Under the pieces are notes generated by a model that saw only the letters and a program-made list of their open reading frames with translations, had not been told where the DNA came from and did not search any database. A program made the position numbers and the translations under genes. Source: an uncultured Thermoleophilia bacterium (lineage in GTDB: Bacteria > Actinomycetota > Thermoleophilia > UBA2241). From it: a stretch of 64,000 nt of DNA. Shown here in pieces: positions 43,009 to 51,337 of the stretch; positions within the stretch are counted from its first letter, which is position 1, and the number at the start of each line of letters is the position of its first letter. Location of the stretch: positions 1 through 64,000 of the forward strand of contig CAVQSP010000021.1 of assembly GCA_963715985.1 (NCBI GenBank), written 5' to 3'.

Positions 43009-43102
43009 GGGCGTTCAGGAGCCGCGCGCATCCTGCCTGTAGCGACATGCCATCAGGAGGGCGGCGGCGGAGCGTCACCGCCCGTGATCGAGGAGTCAGG
43101 CC

Positions 43103-45157
43103 ATGGGACTGAGGAACTTCGTGCGACGGCTGGTCCGGGGGCCGGAGGACGACCCCCGCTGGGCCCGGCCGCTGCTGCTCGTGCTGCTCGGCGTGACGGC
43201 CGGGCTCTACCTGTGGGACCTGGGCGCGTCCGGCTGGGCCAACGCCTACTACTCGGCCGCGGTCCAGGGGATGACGAAGAGCTGGAAGGCGTTCTTCTTC
43301 GGCTCGTTCGACAGCGCCAACTTCATCACCGTGGACAAGACGCCCGCCTCCCTCTGGGTGATGGCGGCCTCGGCGCGGATCTTCGGCGTGAACGCCTGGA
43401 GCATCCTCGTTCCGCAGGCGCTGGCGGGCGTCGCCTCGGTGGGGCTGCTGTACGCGGCGGTGCGCCGCTGGGTCGGGCCCGCCGCGGGGCTCATCGCCGG
43501 CGCGGCGCTGGCGCTCACGCCCGTCGCCGCGCTCATGTTCCGCTTCAACAACCCGGACGCCCTGCTCGTGCTGCTGCTCGTCGGCGCGGCGTACGCCACG
43601 ATCCGCGCCGTGGACAGCGGCCGCACCTGGTGGCTGGTCGCCGCCGGCGCGCTGGTGGGCGCCGGGTTCATGACCAAGATGCTGCAGGCCTTCCTCATCA
43701 TCCCGGTGCTCGTGCTCGTCTACGCCGTCGCCGGCAAGCCGCGCCTGCTGCGGCGGATCTGGCAGATCGCCCTGGCCGGCGTGGCCGTGGTCGTCTCCGC
43801 GGGCTGGTGGGTCGCCGTCGTCGAGCTCTGGCCGAAGGCATCGCGGCCCTACATCGGCGGCTCGCAGACCAACAGCGTGGTGGAGCTCATCTTCGGCTAC
43901 AACGGCTTCGGCCGGCTCACCGGCAACGAGACCGGCAGCGTCGGCGGCATGGGCGGCAACGGCGCCGGCCAATGGGGCGCCACGGGTCTCTCCCGCCTCT
44001 TCCAGTCCGACTGGGGTGGCCAGATCGCCTGGCTCATCCCGGCGGCCATCGTCCTCGGACTCGCTTGCCTGTGGGTCGCCGGCCGCGCGCCGCGCACCGA
44101 CAAGCTGCGCGCCTCGGTGTTGCTGTGGGGCGGCTGGTTCGCCGTGACGGCGGCGGTGTTCAGCTACGGCGCCGGCATCATCCACCAGTACTACGCGGTG
44201 GCGCTGGCGCCGGCCATCGGCGCCCTGGTGGGCATCGGCGCCGCCACGCTGTGGGCCCGTCGCGACAGGCTCTGGAGCCGGCTCACGCTCGCCGTGACGC
44301 TGGCCGGCACGTCGGCCTGGGCCTTCGTGCTGCTGCAGCGCAGCGCGGACTGGCTGCCGGCGCTGCGCTACGCGATCCTCGCCGGCGGCGTGGCCGTAGC
44401 GCTGCTGCTCGTCGTGGCGCCGCTCGGCCGCCGGGCGCTTCGCGTGAGCGTGGTCACGGCCGGCCTGCTCGTGATGCTGGCCGGCCCGGCCGCCTACGCC
44501 GTCGACACCGTGCTGACGCCGCACACCGGCTCGATCCCGCTGGCCGGCCCCACCGTCGCCGGCGCCGCAGTCGGGCCCGGCGGCGGACAGGGCGGGCCGG
44601 GAGGCGGTCCCGGCGGAACGCCTCCCGCCTTCGCCACGCAGCAGGGTGCCGCTCAGGGTTCGACCTCGAGCGCCGGACAGATGACGCCGCCCGCCGGCGC
44701 CCCGACGTACTTCGCCGGCGGCCAGATGCCCGGCCAAGGCGCCATGGGCGACGGCGGCGGCACGGGCGGAGGCGCCATCGGCGGCCTGCTCGATGCCGGC
44801 ACCCCGAGCGCGGACCTGGTCGCTCTGCTGCAGACCGACGCCGACCAGTACACGTGGGTGGCCGCCGCGGTCGGCGCCAACTCGGCCGCCGGCTTCCAGC
44901 TGGCCGCCGACGAGCCGGTCCTCGCCATCGGCGGCTTCAACGGCAGCGACCCGGCACCTACACTGGCCGAGCTCAAGGAGCTCGTGAACGCGCGCCGGAT
45001 CCACTACTTCCTGGGCAGCGGCTCCGGCCAGGGCGGTCCGGGCGGCGGCGTGGGCGGCTCCGGCAGCTCGTCGGAGATCAGCTCCTGGGTGTCCTCGACC
45101 TTCTCGTCGACCACCGTGGGCGGCGTGACAGTGTACGACCTGACCAGCCCGAAGTGA
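43103..45157 (+). CDS. GT39/ArnT-like (YkcB-like) membrane glycosyltransferase
   Basis: YYSAAV, SWKAFFFGS, TVDKTP, FNNPDALL, KMLQAF, GYNGFGR, IGGFNGSDPAPTL. Confidence 0.92.
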   Translation: MGLRNFVRRLVRGPEDDPRWARPLLLVLLGVTAGLYLWDLGASGWANAYYSAAVQGMTKSWKAFFFGSFDSANFITVDKTPASLWVMAASARIFGVNAWSILVPQALAGVASVGLLYAAVRRWVGPAAGLIAGAALALTPVAALMFRFNNPDALLVLLLVGAAYATIRAVDSGRTWWLVAAGALVGAGFMTKMLQAFLIIPVLVLVYAVAGKPRLLRRIWQIALAGVAVVVSAGWWVAVVELWPKASRPYIGGSQTNSVVELIFGYNGFGRLTGNETGSVGGMGGNGAGQWGATGLSRLFQSDWGGQIAWLIPAAIVLGLACLWVAGRAPRTDKLRASVLLWGGWFAVTAAVFSYGAGIIHQYYAVALAPAIGALVGIGAATLWARRDRLWSRLTLAVTLAGTSAWAFVLLQRSADWLPALRYAILAGGVAVALLLVVAPLGRRALRVSVVTAGLLVMLAGPAAYAVDTVLTPHTGSIPLAGPTVAGAAVGPGGGQGGPGGGPGGTPPAFATQQGAAQGSTSSAGQMTPPAGAPTYFAGGQMPGQGAMGDGGGTGGGAIGGLLDAGTPSADLVALLQTDADQYTWVAAAVGANSAAGFQLAADEPVLAIGGFNGSDPAPTLAELKELVNARRIHYFLGSGSGQGGPGGGVGGSGSSSEISSWVSSTFSSTTVGGVTVYDLTSPK

Positions 45158-45344
45158 GAAGCTGAGCCGGGAAGGCGGGAGCTCGTGCTGCGCCCGCCGC
45201 TCCCTCCTCGGTCGTGGGGCGCATCCCTCTGGTCCGGGGGTGCGCCCTGTGCGTTGACGGTCGCCGTGGACGGCCCCACAAACGGTGACAGGTTACGAGC
45301 ATCGGGAACATCTAAAACTATTCGCACGTCACGAGGAGGTCATC

Positions 45345-46760
45345 ATGGCCGCTTCAGGCAACGCAGACGACGTCGTCCGGACCCTGCGCTCTCGCCTCGC
45401 AGGCGATGTGGTAGGGCCCGGAGACGACGAGTACGATGCAGCCCGGTCCGTCTGGAATGGGATGATCGACAAGCGTCCGGCGGCCGTCGCGCGCTGCCGG
45501 TCCACGGAGGATGTCGCGGCCGTCGTTGACGCGGCGCGCGAGTTCGGACTGCCGCTGGCCATCCGTGGGGGCGGGCACAACGTCGCCGGCCTCGCGACCA
45601 GCGAGGGTGGCCTGGTGATCGACCTTGGCGCTATGGACACCGTGGAGGTCGACGCGGAGCGCCGCCTGGTGACGGTCCAGGGCGGCGCGATCTGGCGCGC
45701 GGTGGATGCGGCGACGCAGGCGTACGGCCTCGCAGCTCCGGCCGGGCTCGTCTCCGAGACGGGGGTCGCCGGCCTCACGCTCGGTGGGGGCATCGGTTGG
45801 CTGCGCCGCAAGCACGGCCTCTCCTGCGACAACCTCGTGGCGGCCGAGATCGTGACCGCGCGCGGCGAGATCGTGCGTGCGGCCGCCGACGAGAACCCGG
45901 ACCTGCTCTGGGCCCTGCGCGGCGGGGGCGGCAACTTCGGTGTGGTCACGTCGTTCCAGTTCCGCCTGCATCCCGTGGGTCCAGAGGTCGCCTACGCGCT
46001 GGTGCTGTACGACGGCGCCGAGACCGCGCCGGCGCTTCGGGCCTTACGGGTGCTCGGCGAGCGTCTGCCTGTCGAGATGTCGCCTATAGCGTTCACGGGC
46101 GGTGTGCCGGTGGGCATGGAGGGCGTCCCGGCGGAGCACTTCGGCAAGGCGATGCTGGCCGTCGCGGCCGCCTACGTTGGGCATCCAGACGAGGGCGAGA
46201 AGGCTCTGCAGCCGCTGCGTGGTCTGGCGACACCGCTCGCCGATCTGAGCGGCCGCATGCCGTACGCGCAGCTGCAGCAGTTCCTGGATGAGGACTACCC
46301 GCGCGGGCGCCACTACTACTGGAAGTCCGCAGCGGTGGCCGAGCTCAGCGACGAAGTCATCGACATCGTCGCGGCGTTCGCGGACTCCCAGCCGTCTCCG
46401 CTCAGCACGATCGACGTGTGGCTGATGGGCGGGGCTCTCCGAGAGGAACCGGACGGCGGGTCAGCCTACTCGGGCCGCACTGCCGGCTACCTGGTGAACC
46501 CGGAGTCTGACTGGGACGATCCGGCCGGCGACGAGGAGAACATCGCCTGGGCGCGGCAGCTCATCAAGGCGCTCGAGCCGCACACCGTCGGGACCTACCT
46601 CAACTTCCCGGGACTTCTGGAGGAAGGTGAGCAGCAACTCCGCACGAGCTTTGGCTCCAACTACGAGCGGCTGGTGGACGTCAAGACCACGTGGGATCCG
46701 GACAACCTGTTCCGCATCAATCACAACGTGGTGCCGCGGCGGCAGGGTGAGTCGGCGTAG
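45345..46760 (+). CDS. FAD-linked oxidase (berberine-bridge-enzyme family)
   Basis: RGGGH, TGVAGLTLGGG, WALRGGGGNFGVVT, WDPDNLFRINHN. Confidence 0.92.
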   Translation: MAASGNADDVVRTLRSRLAGDVVGPGDDEYDAARSVWNGMIDKRPAAVARCRSTEDVAAVVDAAREFGLPLAIRGGGHNVAGLATSEGGLVIDLGAMDTVEVDAERRLVTVQGGAIWRAVDAATQAYGLAAPAGLVSETGVAGLTLGGGIGWLRRKHGLSCDNLVAAEIVTARGEIVRAAADENPDLLWALRGGGGNFGVVTSFQFRLHPVGPEVAYALVLYDGAETAPALRALRVLGERLPVEMSPIAFTGGVPVGMEGVPAEHFGKAMLAVAAAYVGHPDEGEKALQPLRGLATPLADLSGRMPYAQLQQFLDEDYPRGRHYYWKSAAVAELSDEVIDIVAAFADSQPSPLSTIDVWLMGGALREEPDGGSAYSGRTAGYLVNPESDWDDPAGDEENIAWARQLIKALEPHTVGTYLNFPGLLEEGEQQLRTSFGSNYERLVDVKTTWDPDNLFRINHNVVPRRQGESA

Positions 46761-46798
46761 GGAGGGACAGAGCGCACCGGCCGGCGCCCCGCCGGACA

Positions 46799-47890
46799 TC
46801 AGGCGGGCGGCGCGAGCTCGCCGGCGGGCACCTGCTGCGTGATGCAGCCCAGGCCGCCGCCGCCGAAGGCGGAGAGCTCGGTGGGCAGGCCGACAGGCTC
46901 GCGCCCGACGAGCTCGCCGATCTCGCTGTGCATCTCGTCCTCGCCCTCGGCGCCGGTGAGCGGCAGCAGCACGGCGCCCTCGACGAAGACCATGTTCACG
47001 TAGGGCGCCGGCATGAGGATGCCGGCGCCGGGCCCGCTGACGCCTTCCAGCCCGGCGCCCACGCCCTGCACATACGGCAGTACCGGGCTCTCCACGACCT
47101 CCAGCCGCCGCCCGGCCGCGTCCGTGGCGGCCAGCAGCACCTCGAGATTCTCCTGCAGGCGGGAGTAGTTGACGTTGTCCGGCTCGCAGGTCTGGGCCAG
47201 GACGACACCGGGGGCCACGAACTGCGCCACATCGTCCACGTGACCGGACGTGGAGAGCGGCCCTGAGTCCTCCACGAGCCCGTACGGCAGCCAGATGATC
47301 GTGTCCACACCCAGCCAGTCGCACAGCAGCGCCTCGTTGTCGGCGCGGCTGAGGCCGAGGTTGCGGTTGTGCAGGAGGCACTGCTCGGTGGTGAGCAGGG
47401 TACCCTCGCCGTCGGTGTTGAAGGCGCCGCCCTCGAGCACGAACGGCGCCCGGTAGAGCCTGGCGCCCCACGCCGCGGCGATGCGCGCCGGCACCTCGGC
47501 GTCCTTGTCGTACGGAGTGAAGTGCTCGTTCCAGCCGTCGAAGCGGAATTGCACGGGCGCCACGCGGCCGTCACCGTCGCGCAGGAAGATAGGGCCGTTG
47601 TCGCGGATCCAGGAGTCGTCCAGGGGGATGGGGAGGAGGTCGATGCCGTCTCCCAGCGCCTCGCGCGCCTCAGCCTCCTGAGCCGGGTCCACCACCACGG
47701 TGACCGGCTCGAAGCCAGCGATGCCGCGCGCCACCTCGGCCCACTCCGCACGCGCCGCGTCCATGAGCGGGCCGAACAGGTCCTCCCGGCACGGCCACGA
47801 CAGCAGCGTGCAGCGGTGCGGCGCGAAGCGCGCCGGCAGGCGGAAGCCGTCGGCGCGCGGGGTGGACGAGGTCTGCGGCCCGGGATTCAT
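46799..47890 (-). CDS. aguA: Agmatine deiminase family protein
   Basis: DSWIRDNGP, LEGG, DGEGT, GHVDD, YVN, GGGLGCITQQ with catalytic Cys. Confidence 0.88.
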   Translation of the reverse strand: MNPGPQTSSTPRADGFRLPARFAPHRCTLLSWPCREDLFGPLMDAARAEWAEVARGIAGFEPVTVVVDPAQEAEAREALGDGIDLLPIPLDDSWIRDNGPIFLRDGDGRVAPVQFRFDGWNEHFTPYDKDAEVPARIAAAWGARLYRAPFVLEGGAFNTDGEGTLLTTEQCLLHNRNLGLSRADNEALLCDWLGVDTIIWLPYGLVEDSGPLSTSGHVDDVAQFVAPGVVLAQTCEPDNVNYSRLQENLEVLLAATDAAGRRLEVVESPVLPYVQGVGAGLEGVSGPGAGILMPAPYVNMVFVEGAVLLPLTGAEGEDEMHSEIGELVGREPVGLPTELSAFGGGGLGCITQQVPAGELAPPA

Positions 47891-47968
47891 CGGGGCGATG
47901 GTATCAGAGCTGCGTCGCCGGGCACATGCCGGTCTCCGTCGCGGCCCTCGGCCCCTCTGGCGGCAGTC

Positions 47969-49006
47969 TCAGTCCCCACCTTGCTGTCCGCCAGCGTGGC
48001 AGCGGACGCAGTCCGCCAGCTTCCCCGGGCTCTGCCCCTCGTGCTGGCCGCGCACCTTGGCCTCGGTGTGTGCGTGGCAGCCGTAGCACGTGTAGGTCTT
48101 GAGGTCGACCGGGTGACAGGTCTGGCAGGTGGCCTTCAGCTCCTCGCTGCCGTGGTCGAGTGGGAACACGGCGTGGTCCAAGGTCACGTCGCTCCAGTGC
48201 GCGGCCGTGTGACAGCCTTCACACTGTCGCCCGTATGCGCCGTCGTGCTCGTCGTCCGCGGCGTGACACGAGTAGCAGTCCTGGGGGGTGTTCCTGATGC
48301 CCTGGCCGGACCGGGCCTCGGTGTGGCAGTCGGCGCACGGCACGCCGACGTGCTTGCCGGTGAGTTTGAAGGGAACGGCGCCATGATCGAAGGCCGCGCC
48401 GTCGCGGCCGCTGCCGTCGTGGCAGGGCAGGCAGTCCTTGCCGTAGAGGGCCCCGTGCGTCTTCATGAAGAACGCGTCGATCTCCGTGTGGCACCTCACG
48501 CACACGGCCTGGTCAAAGTCGGTCACGTCCCTGGGGTGGCAGTCTGCACAGACGAACCTGCCAGCTTTGGCCGTCTTCTTGTGGCTGCGCAGCGAGTAGC
48601 CGGTGAGGTCGTGAGGGAAGCTCGCCTCGTCGAGGACGGTGAGCGCGCCGGCCCTTCCGTCGTGCTCAGGGTGACAGCCGCTGCACGCACCTGACAGCGT
48701 GGCCCCCAGGCGGCCGTGAAGGCCCGTTCTGGCCGCGATCTCCGCACCGATGTCAGCGTGGCAGCCGGCGCAGGAGTCGGCCATCGTCCGTGAGCTCCAC
48801 GGTGCGGGGTGACAGGCGCCGCAGTCGCCCTTCAGCCCCGCGTGGTTCGTGACCCCGCCGAGCGGCTTGCCTGTGGCCTCGGCGTTCAGTTCGCCCGGGC
48901 TGAACAGGACAGGACCCCTGAACAGCGTCCAGGCCAGGAGTCCCAGCAGCAGGACGACGGCGACCGTGATGCCGGCGGCGGACACGAAGCCCGGTCGTCT
49001 GTTCAT
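47969..49006 (-). CDS. Membrane-anchored multiheme cytochrome c (12 CxxCH)
   Basis: CGACH, CAGCH, CSGCH, CADCH, CVRCH, CLPCH, CADCH, CYSCH, CEGCH, CQTCH, CYGCH, CVRCH; N-terminal TM. Confidence 0.93.
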   Translation of the reverse strand: MNRRPGFVSAAGITVAVVLLLGLLAWTLFRGPVLFSPGELNAEATGKPLGGVTNHAGLKGDCGACHPAPWSSRTMADSCAGCHADIGAEIAARTGLHGRLGATLSGACSGCHPEHDGRAGALTVLDEASFPHDLTGYSLRSHKKTAKAGRFVCADCHPRDVTDFDQAVCVRCHTEIDAFFMKTHGALYGKDCLPCHDGSGRDGAAFDHGAVPFKLTGKHVGVPCADCHTEARSGQGIRNTPQDCYSCHAADDEHDGAYGRQCEGCHTAAHWSDVTLDHAVFPLDHGSEELKATCQTCHPVDLKTYTCYGCHAHTEAKVRGQHEGQSPGKLADCVRCHAGGQQGGD

Positions 49007-49036
49007 GCCGTCCTCTCTCGCATTCCCGGCGTCATG

Positions 49037-49606
49037 TCATCGCTGCAGCGTCGCATAGCAGAGCGCCGCGACGACGTGGACGAAGGCGGCAGCGAACAGC
49101 GCCCACGTGAGGGGCACGTGGACGATGTGCCAGACGGCCAGCACCCGGCGCCGCGCCGCGAGCTTCGCGCGGCGGCCGTCCAGGTCGGACGCGCCCGCTC
49201 CCGCACCGGCGTCCTCCAGCGTTCGTGGTATGGCCGTGTAGATGAACCGGCCCACGACGCCGCTGGCGACCACCACGACCGTCAGTACCGTGGTCAGACC
49301 GGCGAGCCCCTGGAATCTCCACGCCGTGTGCAGCAGGACCATGTAAGGGCCGACGAGGCCCGTGACCATGTGGAACCTGAGCCAGGACGACGTGGCCCCC
49401 CAGCGCGCGTCCACGCGCAGCTTGCGCAAGGAGTAGAGGGTGGCCGTCATGAGCATGAGGACGAAGCCGGCGATCCCGATGCCGTGGCCGACGAGGCTCG
49501 CCGCGGTCGGAAAGGCGTCCTCCTGCACGTATGCCAGCACATAGAGTGCCGTGACCGTGGCGATCGCGGCCAGCGCATACCAGATCTCGCGCCCCCGCTT
49601 AGGCAC
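49037..49606 (-). CDS. Integral membrane cytochrome b-like (ferric-reductase-like TM) protein
   Basis: About 5 TMs; HMVTGLVGPYMVLLH and HVPLTWALFAAAFVH His-x13-His pairs. Confidence 0.78.
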   Translation of the reverse strand: MPKRGREIWYALAAIATVTALYVLAYVQEDAFPTAASLVGHGIGIAGFVLMLMTATLYSLRKLRVDARWGATSSWLRFHMVTGLVGPYMVLLHTAWRFQGLAGLTTVLTVVVVASGVVGRFIYTAIPRTLEDAGAGAGASDLDGRRAKLAARRRVLAVWHIVHVPLTWALFAAAFVHVVAALCYATLQR

Positions 49607-50915
49607 GTCCGGCCTTCCAGTCCCTCCAGAGGCTGTTGACGATCTCGACGATCGGCGCCTCCGGCGCCTCCAGAGCAGCCTCCACCCCGCGGACGTCGAC
49701 GCGCGCTTCGATGAGCTCCTGCAGGGGGAACGAGAGCGTCTGGTCGCCCATGACCACGGCGCCGACGATGGTGCCTGCGCCCAGCGCGATGCGGATGTGC
49801 GCGTCGCCGCGCTGCGCCTCGACGATGGCCGCCTCGCAGAGCTCCGACCAGACCTGGCTGTCGCCCCTGGAGAGGCCCTCAAGGTCCGCGTCCGGACCGC
49901 TGCCGACCGTGCCGATGATCGTCGTGTGCAGGCCGGCGAGTCTCGTCACGTTGAGCGGCGAACCTTCGTCGAAGCCTATGACCGGCTCGCCCGCCATGTT
50001 GCGGCCGGCCACGCGGCCCTTGGCGATGGCGGCGTTCCAGAGCACGTCGAGCGTGCGGCGACCCGTATGCGCGTCCCACACCTCGGCGACGTCTCCGGCC
50101 GCGAAGACATGGGGGTCGCTCGCCTGCAGGTGCTCGTCGACGAGGACCCCGCGGCCGCAGGCGAGCCCTGCCTCCACCGCCAGCTCGATCCGCGGCCGCA
50201 CGCCCACGGCTACGACGACGAGGTCGCAGGGGATCCTCGTTCCGTCGCCGGTCTCGACGGCGACCACCCTGCCGCCGCGGCCGACGATCCGGGCCAGCTC
50301 GCAGAACCGGTGGATCTCCACGCCCTCCCGCTGCAGCGCCAGCTCGACGATCCGGGACTCGGACGCGGACAGGACGTTGCTCCAGTAGCGGTCTTTGCGC
50401 AAGAAGTAGTGGACATGGACTCCCCGCGCCCTCAGGCCTTCGACGAGTTCCAGGGCGGTGATGCCCCCTCCGACCACGACCGCCGACTCGGCTGCGTGAC
50501 TCCTCCGCACGATGTCGCGGGCGTCGTCCATGTCGTCGAGCTTGACGACTCCGTCGAACTCGACGCCCGGGACGCCGGGCATGATGGCTCCCGAGCCGGT
50601 AGCCAGCAGGAGCCGGTCGTACGTGAGCACCCGGCCGCTCTGGAGCGTCACCAGGTGAGCGGCCGGATCGATCGCCGTGGCGCGCTCGCTGACCATCGCC
50701 AGACCGAGGGTCGCGATCTCCGCTGCCGAGAACGGGTACAGCCGCTTCTCCGGCAGTTCGTTCGTCAGGTAGTACGCGAGCCCGGGGCGCGAGTAGAAGC
50801 CGTGGGGATCAGCGCCGACGACGATGATCTCGGCGCCGTCGTCCGTGAGGCGGATGGCCCTGGCCGCCGCCATTGCGCCCGGCCCGACGCCGATGAGCAC
50901 GTGGCGCCTGGTCAC
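49599..50915 (-). CDS. NAD(P)/FAD-dependent oxidoreductase (NirB N-terminal/rubredoxin-reductase-like)
   Basis: IGVGPGA, YDRLLLATGS, VVGGGITALE, FAAGDVAE. Confidence 0.9.
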   Translation of the reverse strand: MTRRHVLIGVGPGAMAAARAIRLTDDGAEIIVVGADPHGFYSRPGLAYYLTNELPEKRLYPFSAAEIATLGLAMVSERATAIDPAAHLVTLQSGRVLTYDRLLLATGSGAIMPGVPGVEFDGVVKLDDMDDARDIVRRSHAAESAVVVGGGITALELVEGLRARGVHVHYFLRKDRYWSNVLSASESRIVELALQREGVEIHRFCELARIVGRGGRVVAVETGDGTRIPCDLVVVAVGVRPRIELAVEAGLACGRGVLVDEHLQASDPHVFAAGDVAEVWDAHTGRRTLDVLWNAAIAKGRVAGRNMAGEPVIGFDEGSPLNVTRLAGLHTTIIGTVGSGPDADLEGLSRGDSQVWSELCEAAIVEAQRGDAHIRIALGAGTIVGAVVMGDQTLSFPLQELIEARVDVRGVEAALEAPEAPIVEIVNSLWRDWKAGRA

Positions 50916-50916
50916 G

Positions 50917-51189
50917 TCAGCGGGCCTTTCGACCGCGGGACCTCCGCGGAGCGACGATGGGCTCGAAGCGCAGGAGCCCGCGCGGGCAGCGCTTCACGCA
51001 CTCGCCGCAGGTGAGGCAGTGGCCATCGCCCACCGGCTCCTCGCGCCACACATGCCGTCGCACGTCGATGCCCATGGGGCAGTTGAACGAGCACATGCCG
51101 CACTGAACGCAGCGGCCGGGCTCCGGCGTGACCCACGCCGTGGCCAGATCGATGTATCTCGCTCTGTCCGCTTTGAACCAGTCCACCAT
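50917..51189 (-). CDS. 2x[4Fe-4S] ferredoxin
   Basis: CVQCGMCSFNCP and CLTCGECVKRCP. Confidence 0.88.
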   Translation of the reverse strand: MVDWFKADRARYIDLATAWVTPEPGRCVQCGMCSFNCPMGIDVRRHVWREEPVGDGHCLTCGECVKRCPRGLLRFEPIVAPRRSRGRKAR

Positions 51190-51337
51190 GCCCAAGTACA
51201 CCCATGGTGTCGTAAACGGGACCACAAGGCCACCCGGCGGAACGCACGCGGCACGTCCTCCGGTAGTAGGATTGCACGGTCGCGGCCCCGGTGGCCGCGA
51301 CTCCTGCCATGCAGGCTTCTCACCGGTGGGGGAAGGC

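Noticed and set aside
40523-45004. 1493-aa minus-strand ORF as a giant kinase
   Set aside because: Only the last part is the real kinase; the rest is antisense to GT39 or off-frame over the regulator, typical of high-GC shadow ORFs
45305-45330. ECF-sigma promoter GGAAC-N17-CGTC before the FAD oxidase
   Set aside because: Short motif with a single instance; not enough support
49599-50915. Assimilatory nitrite reductase NirB
   Set aside because: Lacks the BFD [2Fe-2S] and siroheme domains; only the flavoprotein module is present
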